Source of the DNA: Gammaproteobacteria bacterium | GTDB lineage: Bacteria > Pseudomonadota > Gammaproteobacteria > CAJXQU01 | Direction of reading: 5' to 3' | Length of the DNA: 64,000 nt | Assembly: GCA_965224825.1 (NCBI GenBank) | Contig: CBDDAG010000003.1 | Coordinates: forward strand, 11,297 to 75,296 | In this document: positions 33,610 to 43,395 of the stretch, piece after piece | How positions within the stretch are numbered: the first letter of the stretch is position 1 | How the letters are laid out: each line of letters opens with the position of its first letter | The notes under the pieces: model-generated | Told to the model about the DNA's origin: nothing | Seen by the model: only the letters and a program-made list of their open reading frames with translations | Databases searched by the model: none | Position numbers and translations under genes: made by a program

Positions 33610-34209
33610 TCATTTTTTCCCCATCTCGGCAAATGTTCGACAGCTCCATCCATCCGGTGAGTGTCGAATGGGATTGACGCATTCCTGATCAATATCTTTT
33701 ACCGGAAACACCTGATCACCGCGTCGATAATAGCGATATAATTTCTTATCAAAACATACCGTTGCATCAGATCTCACCAGGCAGGCTCGGACGCCATCAA
33801 CTTCATAGCTACAAATACCTTCAACTTTTGGCTCGTTAAGAGGAATCGTCAGAGAATATTCTCGATCTATTAATTCAGTCAAATAAACGGATTGTATGAT
33901 CTTGGGCTTGAAACCCGTTCTGGAATATTGATAGGGCTCCTGGCATTCTCTTTTATCAGTAGTTGATTTATAGAGAACAAAAAAATCGTACTTGAGATCT
34001 TTTTTATTTGTATTAACAAAATTCAGATTCCAGACTTTTTTATAAAATTTTGCTTCGGAGATTAACTTCTCCTCCTGTGGTTCCTTATCTCCATATTCCG
34101 CAATCAGGATGTCTCTCAGCTCGGGCCATTCCGGAAAGACTATGGCAAAGCCAAGAATGATCATGATTAACAAAAGAAAAACACGAAAGAATATTTTTAA
34201 TATTTTCAC
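33610..34209 (-). CDS. hypothetical membrane-anchored protein with six Cys in the predicted extracytoplasmic part
   Basis: ORF only. N-terminal TM (FFRVFLLLIMIILGFAIVF). GTG start overlaps the waaA stop (GTGA). No family recognised and start uncertain. Confidence 0.5.
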   Translation of the reverse strand: MKILKIFFRVFLLLIMIILGFAIVFPEWPELRDILIAEYGDKEPQEEKLISEAKFYKKVWNLNFVNTNKKDLKYDFFVLYKSTTDKRECQEPYQYSRTGFKPKIIQSVYLTELIDREYSLTIPLNEPKVEGICSYEVDGVRACLVRSDATVCFDKKLYRYYRRGDQVFPVKDIDQECVNPIRHSPDGWSCRTFAEMGKK

Positions 34210-35465
34210 GACAGTTTTTTAATTATCTCCAAATGTCGATCAGCAGCCCCCCGGTTTTGATTGATTAACTCAATGGCATTATTCCCTGCCTTTGTTCGCT
34301 CCTGATCATTTTCAAAGAAATAAAGCACTTTCCGTTCCAGTTCTATCGAATCGTTGATTCGAAAAGCAGCACTAGCATCCAGGAAAGTCTGAAAGATTTT
34401 TTCTATCTTGAAGGTATAAGGTCCCATCACAATGGGCAGACCAAGACTAGCTGGTTCAAGAAGATTATGACCGCCTATCGAAGTCAGGCTTCCCGCTACA
34501 AAAGCGACATCTGCTGCGCCATAACACATCAACAGATCGCCCATAGTATCTACAAGATAAACTTGACCATCTATGGCCTGATCCGAGCTGCGCCTATTTG
34601 TGGTTACGGAATATGCTTCACATAGCTCAAACACTTCTTCAAAACGTTCGGGATGTCTCGGAACAAGTATCAGTAAGCAATCGGGCAAAGTTTTAAGGAT
34701 CTGTTTATGCGCAATAAGAACCTGATCTTCTTCACCGGAATGTGTGCTCGCGGCTATCCAGACAGGTCTTGATCCAATTTGTTGTTTTAATTCAGCAGAC
34801 TTCTCTTCGATGTTTGCGGGAAGTTCCTGATCAAATTTCAAACTCCCTGACACGGTAACTCGATCAGGATCGGCACCGAGCATAATTATACGTTCAGCAT
34901 CCAGATCTGTTTGTGTAGCAATTGCTGAGATCCCGGAAAACATTGGCCGGGAAATTTTGCCAATACGTTGATATCCTTTTCCTGAACTTTCTGACATGCG
35001 TGCATTTGACAGCATCACTGGAATATTATTTTTCTGACAAACATGGATCAAATTTGGCCAGACTTCTGTTTCCATTATGATCATCAAATTCGGTTTTATC
35101 CGATCAATAAATCTTTGCAAAAAACTAACCAGATCATAAGGAATATAGTAGTGAGTAGCTTGATCAGAATAACGACGTTTGACCGTTTCTGCACCGGTTG
35201 GTGTCGTCGTCGTCATGATGATTTTCAGATCAGAATATTCTGCAAAAAGTTTTTTTACCAGTGGTGCCGTCGCCTCAACTTCTCCCACAGATACGGCGTG
35301 AATCCAGATTACTTTTTGATCACTCTTTTTTGAAAGATCAGGAACTATGCCAAGACGCTCTTTCCAGCGTTGGCGATACAGTGAATTTTTTCGGCCTTTA
35401 AGAAAAAGACGAAGGAATACGAAGGGTAAAGCGAAAAATATTAATAGAGAATAAAGCCAGCGCAT
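34206..35465 (-). CDS. waaA: 3-deoxy-D-manno-octulosonic acid (Kdo) transferase
   Basis: WIHAVSVGEVEATAPLVKKL motif. 419 aa. Confidence 0.92.
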   Translation of the reverse strand: MRWLYSLLIFFALPFVFLRLFLKGRKNSLYRQRWKERLGIVPDLSKKSDQKVIWIHAVSVGEVEATAPLVKKLFAEYSDLKIIMTTTTPTGAETVKRRYSDQATHYYIPYDLVSFLQRFIDRIKPNLMIIMETEVWPNLIHVCQKNNIPVMLSNARMSESSGKGYQRIGKISRPMFSGISAIATQTDLDAERIIMLGADPDRVTVSGSLKFDQELPANIEEKSAELKQQIGSRPVWIAASTHSGEEDQVLIAHKQILKTLPDCLLILVPRHPERFEEVFELCEAYSVTTNRRSSDQAIDGQVYLVDTMGDLLMCYGAADVAFVAGSLTSIGGHNLLEPASLGLPIVMGPYTFKIEKIFQTFLDASAAFRINDSIELERKVLYFFENDQERTKAGNNAIELINQNRGAADRHLEIIKKLS

Positions 35466-36404
35466 TTAGACATTAATAAGATCAAGGTATTCCTTTGTGC
35501 CCTGCTCTACAGTTCTGAATTCTTTTGAATAACCTTGTGATCGCAGTGCAGTAATATCGGCTTCGGTAAAACTCTGATAACGCCCGATCAGATGTTCCGG
35601 AAAAGGAATGTATTCAAGATCACCTTTTCCGTGCCACGCCAACACAGCATTAGCGACATCATTAAACGTTTGCGCACGACCGGTTCCAAGATTGAAAATC
35701 CCACTCACTTGTGGATTATCCATTAACCAATGATTGACGTTTACTACGTCGCCAACATAAACAAAATCACGTTGCTGCTCTCCGTTGCCATAACCATCAC
35801 AACCTTCGAATAGTTTTACTTTTCCAGTTTCTTTGATCTGGTTATTCAAATGCCATGCAACGCTGGCCATGCTGCCTTTATGTTGTTCACGCGGCCCATA
35901 AACATTGAAATATCTCAGGCCAACGACCTGACTGTTGATCTTGTCCTGATTCTGCCGAACATATTGATCAAATAATAATTTTGAGTAGCCATAAACATTG
36001 AGTGGTGCTTCATTTTCTGGTGTCTCTTTGAAAACTTCATTGCCGCCATAAACCGCTGCGCTGGAGGCATACACAAATGGGATTCTTTCTTTCACACAAA
36101 ATTTAAATAGTTTTTTTGTGTAAGTGTAATTATTTTCCATCATGAACTTTCCATCCCACTCGGTGGTGGTGGAACAGGCGCCCTGATGAAAAATCATATC
36201 AATCTTTTGATCAGACAGTCGATTAAGTTTCGCCAGAAACTCATCTTTATCGAAATAATCCATGATCGTGCAATCGGCAATGTTTTTGAATTTCGTACCG
36301 TCGGTTAAATCATCGACAATAATAATATCTTCACGACCCATTTCGTTGAGTTGCTTAACCTGATTGCTGCCGATAAAACCGGCTCCGCCTGTCACTATGA
36401 TCAT
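35466..36404 (-). CDS. hldD: ADP-L-glycero-D-manno-heptose 6-epimerase
   Basis: [13 protein letters not shown] Rossmann motif, YGYSK catalytic motif. 312 aa. Confidence 0.93.
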   Translation of the reverse strand: MIIVTGGAGFIGSNQVKQLNEMGREDIIIVDDLTDGTKFKNIADCTIMDYFDKDEFLAKLNRLSDQKIDMIFHQGACSTTTEWDGKFMMENNYTYTKKLFKFCVKERIPFVYASSAAVYGGNEVFKETPENEAPLNVYGYSKLLFDQYVRQNQDKINSQVVGLRYFNVYGPREQHKGSMASVAWHLNNQIKETGKVKLFEGCDGYGNGEQQRDFVYVGDVVNVNHWLMDNPQVSGIFNLGTGRAQTFNDVANAVLAWHGKGDLEYIPFPEHLIGRYQSFTEADITALRSQGYSKEFRTVEQGTKEYLDLINV

Positions 36405-37837
36405 TCTTTTTCTTCCTTCTTTTGAGCTGCGTCAATCAGACTTGTTGTTGAATATCCATCCAGAAAATCCAGCACGATTACTTTGCCACCATTGTCGGCA
36501 ACCTGCTGACCACCAGCAATATCTTCCGGTTTATAATCGCCGCCTTTAACAAGAATGTCTGGCAGTAATCGACTGATCAGACGTTCCGGCGTGTCTTCAG
36601 TAAAAGGCACGACCCAGTCTACACAAGATAATGCCGCCAGCACTGTCATGCGATCATCTAACGAATTCAGTGGTCGGGATTCACCTTTTAACCGCTTAAC
36701 AGAAGCATCGTCATTGACGGCAATGATCAGGCGATCACCCAGAGCACGGGCCTTTTCAAGATAGCTAATATGTCCTGCATGTAAAATATCAAAACAGCCA
36801 TTGGTCATGACGATGGTTTCGCCACGCAGCCGCGCGGCAGCCATTTGATCGGCCATAGATTCTTCATCCTGAACACCTGTGTCTTCTTCACGTGGTTCAT
36901 GCAATGCCGTATGCAATTCTTCAAGCGACACACTGGCTGCCCCAAGTTTTGCTACAACCAGGCCAGCCGCAGTATTTGCTAATGCGGTTGCGTGAACAAA
37001 TGATCCGCCAGCCGCGATCGTTGTCGCCAACGTTGCGATTACTGTATCGCCTGCACCCGTCACATCAAAAACTTCTGCGGCACGTGCTGGAAAATGTACC
37101 GGTTCTTCATTTTGTTGTAATAAGGTCATGCCATGTTCGCTGCGCGTGATCAGCAAAGCTTCGAGATTCAGCTCTTCACATAGAATGCTACCCTTACTGA
37201 CAATCTCATCAACATCACGACACTCACCAACAACGGCGGTAAACTCACCAAAATTTGGCGTGATCAGAGTGGCATTTTTGTATTTTTGAAAATCATTTCC
37301 TTTCGGATCGACGATGATTTTTTTACCCGCCTGTTTTGCAATAGTGATCATACGTGCAACTTCAGACAAACAACCTTTCGCATAATCCGACAGGATCACA
37401 ACGTCGGTTTCTTTTAATTGTTGCTCATAATTTTTGATCAAATCATCAACATTAAAATCGATTGATGTTGATTCAAAATCAAGTCGGATCAATTGTTGGT
37501 GTTGGCTAAGAACACGCAGTTTTGTGATCGTAGGATAATCGGCCAACTGAGAGAAATGGCACTCAACTCCCAGCTGATTAAGTCCATTCTCAAGAGTTTC
37601 AGAGGCTTCATCAGCTCCCGTCAGTCCCATTAACGTAGCTTTTGCACCAAGACTAGCAACATTCAGCGCAACGTTTCCAGCTCCGCCAGGACGCTCTTCG
37701 ATCTGGTTAATACGCACAACAGGAACCGGTGCTTCCGGCGAAACACGCTGGGTTGGCCCCGACCAGTAGCGATCAAGAATTATGTCTCCAACGACAAGTA
37801 CACGGGCAGCATCAAATGGAAGGTATGTAGGAAGCAT
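36401..37837 (-). CDS. hldE: bifunctional D-beta-D-heptose 7-phosphate kinase / heptose 1-phosphate adenylyltransferase
   Basis: 478 aa. N-terminal ribokinase-like part and C-terminal cytidylyltransferase part ([11 protein letters not shown]). Confidence 0.95.
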   Translation of the reverse strand: MLPTYLPFDAARVLVVGDIILDRYWSGPTQRVSPEAPVPVVRINQIEERPGGAGNVALNVASLGAKATLMGLTGADEASETLENGLNQLGVECHFSQLADYPTITKLRVLSQHQQLIRLDFESTSIDFNVDDLIKNYEQQLKETDVVILSDYAKGCLSEVARMITIAKQAGKKIIVDPKGNDFQKYKNATLITPNFGEFTAVVGECRDVDEIVSKGSILCEELNLEALLITRSEHGMTLLQQNEEPVHFPARAAEVFDVTGAGDTVIATLATTIAAGGSFVHATALANTAAGLVVAKLGAASVSLEELHTALHEPREEDTGVQDEESMADQMAAARLRGETIVMTNGCFDILHAGHISYLEKARALGDRLIIAVNDDASVKRLKGESRPLNSLDDRMTVLAALSCVDWVVPFTEDTPERLISRLLPDILVKGGDYKPEDIAGGQQVADNGGKVIVLDFLDGYSTTSLIDAAQKKEEKE

Positions 37838-37974
37838 GGAACTATGGCAAAATGGAAAAGTCGAATTCTACCATAAGGAAGCCCTGATCAAACCATGAAA
37901 TGGGATAAATATTCAGATTGAGTTTATGGTAAATAGCATACTTTGGAACGTGTATTACTTTGAGATCACATTTA

Positions 37975-38682
37975 ATGATTAAATATTTATTATTATTCTT
38001 AACGCTATTAAGTTTTTCCAGTCATGCAGAGCTGCCTGGCTCTTTTACTGCGACTTATAATCTGCATTACGATGATCTGAAAATCGGTATTATGGAACGT
38101 AAATTTACGCATGATAAAGATGGATCGGGCACATTTGAATCCAATGGAAAACTCACTGGATTAGCGGCACTTTTCCGTAAAGATAAGATCACAGAAAGTA
38201 GTCGTTGGGAGATCCGTGATGGTCAGTTACAACCGCTTGCGTATAATTATATGAGAAGTGGTGGAAAAAAAGAGAAAACCGAACAACATCTTTTTGACTG
38301 GAAAAGTAATAAAGTTTCCAGCACAACTAAAGATGGGAAAAAAGATCAGGATCTGAAAGCTGGTTTACTGGATAAGCTTCTTTATCAACTGGCGATGATG
38401 GAAATTACTGATCCAAAAGCTGGACTATCTTATGAACTGATCGATGGAACAAATTTAAAAACTTACCAGTTTGAATTTCAAGGTGAAGAAACTTTATCCA
38501 CGCCAATGGGAAAAATAAAGACGGTAAAATTTCTTCGAGTACGTTCTAAAAAGGATGGTAGCAAACGCAGCACGATTCTCTGGTGCGCCCCTTCTTTACA
38601 TTATCTCCCCGTGCGGGTTGATAATGTTGATAGAAAGGAACACCTGACTTCGATTGTGATCAAAAATGTTTCAGGTCTATAA
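37975..38682 (+). CDS. secreted hypothetical protein (DUF3108-like)
   Basis: Signal peptide MIKYLLLFLTLLSFSSHA. FTATYNLHYDDLKIGIMERKF resembles DUF3108 proteins from memory; weak call. Confidence 0.45.
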   Translation: MIKYLLLFLTLLSFSSHAELPGSFTATYNLHYDDLKIGIMERKFTHDKDGSGTFESNGKLTGLAALFRKDKITESSRWEIRDGQLQPLAYNYMRSGGKKEKTEQHLFDWKSNKVSSTTKDGKKDQDLKAGLLDKLLYQLAMMEITDPKAGLSYELIDGTNLKTYQFEFQGEETLSTPMGKIKTVKFLRVRSKKDGSKRSTILWCAPSLHYLPVRVDNVDRKEHLTSIVIKNVSGL

Positions 38683-38693
38683 AAAACGACCCC

Positions 38694-39425
38694 TTACAAT
38701 CCACCTTTAAAGAATCGGATCAATTCTTCCGCTGGGATAAAACCACCCATTTCTTTACCACTGGCAAGATAAACAGAAGGTGTTCCACGAACACCCATTG
38801 ATTTACCCATTTCATATTGTGCGGCTACACGATCATCACACACAGCAGGTGGAATATTTTTACCGGCTTTCGCTGCAGTCAATGCTGTTTTCTTATCATC
38901 GGCACACCAGGCTGATTCAGCAGCAATATAAGCTGAAGATCCTAAGCCTGCACGAGGGAATGCAAGGTAACGAACGGAGATACCATTATCATTAAGTTGC
39001 TTCATTTGATTGTGAAATTTACGGCAATAAGCACAATCAATATCAGTATAAACATAGAGTACGTGCTCAGTTTTTTCCGGCGCATATTCGATCAGCTTAC
39101 TCACATCCATGTTTTCAAAAGCTTCACCGCGAGCTGTAAGACGACGATTTTCTGTTAAGTTCTGACGCTCAACCAGATCCATCAGATCGCCTTCAAAGAC
39201 GTATCGACCATCTTCTGACATATACACAACTTTTCCATTATTAAAGACGATCTCGTAGAGACTCTTAACTGGCGTTTGAGTGATCGAATTAACTACAGCA
39301 TCTTTCCCAAGCACTTCTTTTATCTTGCCGGAAAGCATTTTTTCAGTTTCCGCATCGGCATAAACTGATGTATTCATCAACAAAGTGGCAAATAACAGAG
39401 AGATTACTAATTTAAATTTGTGCAT
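38694..39425 (-). CDS. dsbC: thiol:disulfide interchange protein DsbC
   Basis: Signal peptide, N-terminal dimerisation-type segment (LYEIVFNNGKVVYMSEDGRYVFEGDLMDL), thioredoxin fold with CAYC. Start taken at MHKFKLV (39425). Confidence 0.8.
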   Translation of the reverse strand: MHKFKLVISLLFATLLMNTSVYADAETEKMLSGKIKEVLGKDAVVNSITQTPVKSLYEIVFNNGKVVYMSEDGRYVFEGDLMDLVERQNLTENRRLTARGEAFENMDVSKLIEYAPEKTEHVLYVYTDIDCAYCRKFHNQMKQLNDNGISVRYLAFPRAGLGSSAYIAAESAWCADDKKTALTAAKAGKNIPPAVCDDRVAAQYEMGKSMGVRGTPSVYLASGKEMGGFIPAEELIRFFKGGL

Positions 39426-39589
39426 GTCGCTGGTGACTCCTAATAAAAAATCTAATAACCTGACCAAGCAAGTGGCGTGCCTGATCCGCGTAGTCTATCA
39501 GACTCAATTAATCCTGCCAGGTTCCCTGAAAATGGTTAAAAAATGAACATGTTACAATTACCTCATTATTTCCTTTCGATAAGAAGATT

Positions 39590-40972
39590 ATGTCCAGCAA
39601 TAATCCACACAAGGAAACATCCCTTGCCAGACGATGGTTTTTACGTTTCTGGCATAAGTTCTGTCGGCTTGTTGTAAAGGTTTTTTATCGACGGTTTGAA
39701 GTCGTTGGTCTTGAAGCTATTCCTGAAAATACTGGATTAATTCTCTGTGCAAATCACATCAATGCGCTTGCTGATGTTGTGATCCTGCAAGCCTCAACCA
39801 ATAAAGATATTCGTCCACTCGCCCGCAGTGGGTTATTCGAAAACCCATTCCTGAAACCAATCCTGGATATGATCGGAGCCATTCCTATTTATCGGCAAGG
39901 CGACGAGGGTAGCAACGTCGCTAACAATGCAGACACCTTCAGTCGTTGCCATGAAATACTGGCGGTCAATGAAACTCTGATCATCTTTCCCGAGGGACAA
40001 AGCCATTCCGATCCCTTCCTTCATGAATTGAAAACAGGTGCGGCACGTATGGCTCTGGGTTCAATTGATGCAAACAATGTCGAACCCGTCGTGCTGCCCG
40101 TCGGCTTAACCTTCACCAGCAAGGGCAAGTTTCGTAGTGATGTTCTGGTTCATTACGGAACGCCTGTTGATCTCGACGTTAATCAGAATAATGATGACAC
40201 TTCAGTCATCTCCATCATCAATGAAAGGATCACAGAAGGACTTGCAGCAGTCACTTTAAACGCTCACTCCTGGAAAGAACTAGTTCTGGTAGATCGGCTG
40301 GAACGATTCTTTGCCCTACGACATGGGAAATACAGAAGTCGTGATCTGAGTCAGCGATTCAAAAGTCTCCAGCGGCTGATCGACGGAAAACGATTATTAC
40401 AGGAACATGAACCAGATCGTGTTCGATCACTGCTCACACATTTACGAATGTTTGAGCGTTTATGCAAATGCTGCGGCGTCAAAAGCTATCATCTCGGAGT
40501 CGATTACCATCCCATTTTTTTAACACTTTATATCGCCAGGATAATTGCGATTATCGTAATAGGTTATCCGCTCGCACTCTGGGGAATGATCAACTCTTTC
40601 CTGCCCTATCAACTCACACGTTTTTTAACAGGCACTTTTGCCAAAGGATGGGATCAACAAGATACGACTAAAATGCTCATCGGCTTGTTTTTGTTTCCTC
40701 TATTCTGGGGGATACAAACCTATATTGTCTATTATAACTGGGGCACAGACTGGAGCATTGCCTATGGCATGAGTCTGGTTATCGGTGCTTATTCCGCCTT
40801 GAAATTACGTGGTGAATACAAACGTATCTTCAAAGACTTCAAAGTCTTTTTCCTGTTTTTAAGAAAACGTGAATTAAAAGAATACCTGATCATGAAACGT
40901 CAGGAGATCGAAGCTGAACTTGCCAAGCTTGTAAAAATTGCAAAGGGGTTGTCTACCAGCGGGACGAGTTAA
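39590..40972 (+). CDS. lysophospholipid (PlsC-family) acyltransferase with a C-terminal membrane domain
   Basis: H(x)4D motif CANHINALAD and FPEGQSH motif. Hydrophobic segments at roughly residues 320-400. Confidence 0.75.
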   Translation: MSSNNPHKETSLARRWFLRFWHKFCRLVVKVFYRRFEVVGLEAIPENTGLILCANHINALADVVILQASTNKDIRPLARSGLFENPFLKPILDMIGAIPIYRQGDEGSNVANNADTFSRCHEILAVNETLIIFPEGQSHSDPFLHELKTGAARMALGSIDANNVEPVVLPVGLTFTSKGKFRSDVLVHYGTPVDLDVNQNNDDTSVISIINERITEGLAAVTLNAHSWKELVLVDRLERFFALRHGKYRSRDLSQRFKSLQRLIDGKRLLQEHEPDRVRSLLTHLRMFERLCKCCGVKSYHLGVDYHPIFLTLYIARIIAIIVIGYPLALWGMINSFLPYQLTRFLTGTFAKGWDQQDTTKMLIGLFLFPLFWGIQTYIVYYNWGTDWSIAYGMSLVIGAYSALKLRGEYKRIFKDFKVFFLFLRKRELKEYLIMKRQEIEAELAKLVKIAKGLSTSGTS

Positions 40973-41642
40973 GCAAGTAATTACTGAAATTGAATAGTTC
41001 GGGTAACGCAACGAAGCCGACAGCATAAACAATAACTAAAATTAGTAAAGTAAATACCGCAATCCCTATTGATGAGGCCATCTTTTGCATCTGCTTCCCT
41101 ACCGCCCTGCCTTTCTCTTCCCTTTTAGCCTGTTTATCAATTTTAGTCAAGCTACCTTTCTTGGTATTAAAGAACTCATCAGCTTCTGAGATAGCTTTCT
41201 CAATTTTATAATATGATTTTTCTGAAGAACTAGCTTCAAGCAAACGTGCTTGCTTAAGAAAATCTTTTGACACTTCCCGATGGTCAAAAGAGGCATAGCT
41301 TGATGTTTTTCTTTCTAATAGCCTTGCAGCATTCTCTTCAAAATAATCCGCTCTATTAAGTAATCTCCTGATGGCATCTTTTTTTGTACGTTCAACAAAC
41401 GTGTCCACCCTCGCGACTTCTTTTTCCAGATCATCAATTGAACTACGCTGGAGCTCTTTTTCAAGATGCGTTGCGTGTATTACGAAAGATTTTGAGGACT
41501 GTTTCGCCTTATTTGAAGATAGCTTTTGTAGAGCAGCAGCCATTTTGTTGAACTGCGTAATCCTTGCGTGAACCAGGTTCACGACAGTACTCTGCCGATA
41601 TTCCACCGACAAATTATTTTTTATAGCTTCCCCTTGTGACAT
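40953..41642 (-). CDS. hypothetical coiled-coil protein with a single C-terminal TM anchor (family member 1)
   Basis: No signal peptide. Charged helical body. C-terminal IGIAVFTLLILVIVYAVGFVAL. Clearly similar to the C-terminal ~190 aa of the 53775..55607 product (e.g. EKSYYKIEKAISEADEFF vs EKSFYKIEKMFSEADVFY). Confidence 0.6.
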   Translation of the reverse strand: MSQGEAIKNNLSVEYRQSTVVNLVHARITQFNKMAAALQKLSSNKAKQSSKSFVIHATHLEKELQRSSIDDLEKEVARVDTFVERTKKDAIRRLLNRADYFEENAARLLERKTSSYASFDHREVSKDFLKQARLLEASSSEKSYYKIEKAISEADEFFNTKKGSLTKIDKQAKREEKGRAVGKQMQKMASSIGIAVFTLLILVIVYAVGFVALPELFNFSNYLLNSSRW

Positions 41643-41890
41643 TCCACATCCCCATGTGTTCTAAAATCCTTACTTATATTTTAATAAAGACACCTAACTA
41701 TAATGTTTTCAATCAATATTTCTTTGAAAAAGATCTCGTTTTGACATTCGTTTACAAATCAATTCTGATTGCTTGATGATTGATAAGCGCAAAATAATGC
41801 CAGGGTCTGATCGAACTGAAACCTTAGATTAATTGTAGTTTTTATGAATTTTTAAGACTTTTAAGATCAATAGAAAAAGGGAAAGACTTC

Positions 41891-43258
41891 TTACAATAAA
41901 CCAATAATGCTAAAACCTGAGCCGGAAAGATAAGTCACAACAAAAACAACGACCAGAACTACCATTGCCACAACAACGAACATAAAAACTCGTTCCATCA
42001 TGCTTACAAGCTTTCTAAGTATTTTTGACAGAAGATAACCAAAAAATGAAAGTATCGAAATCAAAAGTCCAAAAATAGATTTTGTTCTCGTAGAGGGTTG
42101 AAAATCCCTTCCCTGTTCCTCGAACATCGCATCAGAATTAATTGCAAAACTTTTATCAGGTTCACTCTTTTCTACCTGTAGCTCAACAGATGGCAGGTTT
42201 CTTATCGGTACTACATTACTGTTCTGAACTTCCTGATCACTCTGAACTTCCTGATCACTCTGAACTTCCTGATCACTCTGAACTTCCTGATCACTCTGAA
42301 CTTCCTGATCACTCTGAACTTCCTGATCACTCTGAACTTCCTGATCACTCTGAACTTCCTGATCACTCTGAACTTCCTGATCACTCTGAACTTCCTGATC
42401 ACTCTGAACTTCCTGATCACTCTGAACTTCCTGATCACTCTGAACTTCCTGATCACTCTGAACTTCCTGATCACTCTGAACTTCCTGATCACTCTGAACT
42501 TCCTGATCAGGAAGTTCTGCTTTCTCCTGACTCAGTTTTATACGTCCGATAAAATGATCAGTTGCTGAGATGGCTTTCTCAACCTCATTCATCGAGCCTT
42601 TTTCAGCTTTTTCTTCAAGTTGAGCTGCTGCCTGGAGACAATGTGTAGATAATTCAGTGTATTTACCTGAGAGCAAAGGATAAGTTTTGATTTTTTCCTG
42701 CAGCTGATCTGCTTCAACTTTAAGAAGCTCAATTTTCTGAAGCAACCTTGTACTAGCATCTTCTCGACGCTCCTGCTTTTGTTGCTTCCGAAGCTGCAAA
42801 CTTTTTTCGTATAACACCGTTGCTCTTGCAAGAGACTCTTCAACTTCTGATGAAGAACCAATCGATATATTGGTTTGACAAACGGAGACCAGTTGTCGAC
42901 ATTCTTCTGCCAAGTTCTTAAATTTTGTTTCAAGCGATGCCCAGCGGTGCGCCTCCAATTCTAGCCCTGTTGCTTCCTGTTGTAGAAGGCCGACTCTTAA
43001 TTTTAGTCGTAGGCGACGACCTTCCGTGAGAAAAACATTTGCAGTTCGAACTGATGTGGATATGACTTCTGGGGAATCGTTTTTGAGCTTTGTCTGGATG
43101 TTCTTTACTACCTGCCGACAATCCGACGCATGCTTGCCCAACGATCGTTTATAAACAGGGAACTGATTCGAAAGTTGATCAAAATAACGTGCCTCAACCT
43201 GTAACTGGCTGATCGCTACTTCCGCTGTTTGAACATTACCTTGTTTCCTTGCCAACAT
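41891..43258 (-). CDS. hypothetical coiled-coil protein with (S/P)DQEVQ x16 repeat and C-terminal TM segments (family member 2)
   Basis: 455 aa with no signal peptide. Three helical modules ending in S..EVE..[IL]..A[TD]..F/Y-type motifs, then the acidic repeat. Two C-terminal hydrophobic segments (IFGLLISILSFFGYLL; VFMFVVVAMVVLVVVFVV). Confidence 0.65.
   Translation of the reverse strand: MLARKQGNVQTAEVAISQLQVEARYFDQLSNQFPVYKRSLGKHASDCRQVVKNIQTKLKNDSPEVISTSVRTANVFLTEGRRLRLKLRVGLLQQEATGLELEAHRWASLETKFKNLAEECRQLVSVCQTNISIGSSSEVEESLARATVLYEKSLQLRKQQKQERREDASTRLLQKIELLKVEADQLQEKIKTYPLLSGKYTELSTHCLQAAAQLEEKAEKGSMNEVEKAISATDHFIGRIKLSQEKAELPDQEVQSDQEVQSDQEVQSDQEVQSDQEVQSDQEVQSDQEVQSDQEVQSDQEVQSDQEVQSDQEVQSDQEVQSDQEVQSDQEVQSDQEVQSDQEVQNSNVVPIRNLPSVELQVEKSEPDKSFAINSDAMFEEQGRDFQPSTRTKSIFGLLISILSFFGYLLSKILRKLVSMMERVFMFVVVAMVVLVVVFVVTYLSGSGFSIIGLL
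42224..42511. repeat. perfect 18-bp tandem repeat (ctgatcactctgaacttc), 15 exact units plus flanking half units, in frame in the 41891..43258 CDS
   Basis: Read directly from 42233-42502 with no mismatch seen. Encodes SDQEVQ on the minus strand. Each unit contains one GATC. Confidence 0.95.
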
Positions 43259-43395
43259 TTGAATATGTAATCCCTTAATGATGTTACTCTATCAATTATT
43301 CATGTTATTTCTAATAATAACTCTATAATCATATGTTTTTCAATAGATATTATAGCTTTTGATAAGTATTTGCGTTCTTATCTTCAGTAATCACT

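Noticed and set aside
42224-42511. Regularly spaced direct repeats considered as a CRISPR array. The same question applies to 54512-55025.
   Set aside because: The units are contiguous with no spacers, are 18 or 54 bp long (multiples of 3) and lie in frame inside long ORFs. No cas genes are present.
42142-42552. Track ORFs overlapping the repeat arrays in other frames or strands: 42142..42552, 42211..42492, 54474..55076, 54506..55063, 54820..55059.
   Set aside because: These are shadow frames kept open by stop-free repeat units. The products are monotonous (HSELPD, RKFRVI, LLFGAG, KRKFAP) and lack starts with ribosome-binding sites.
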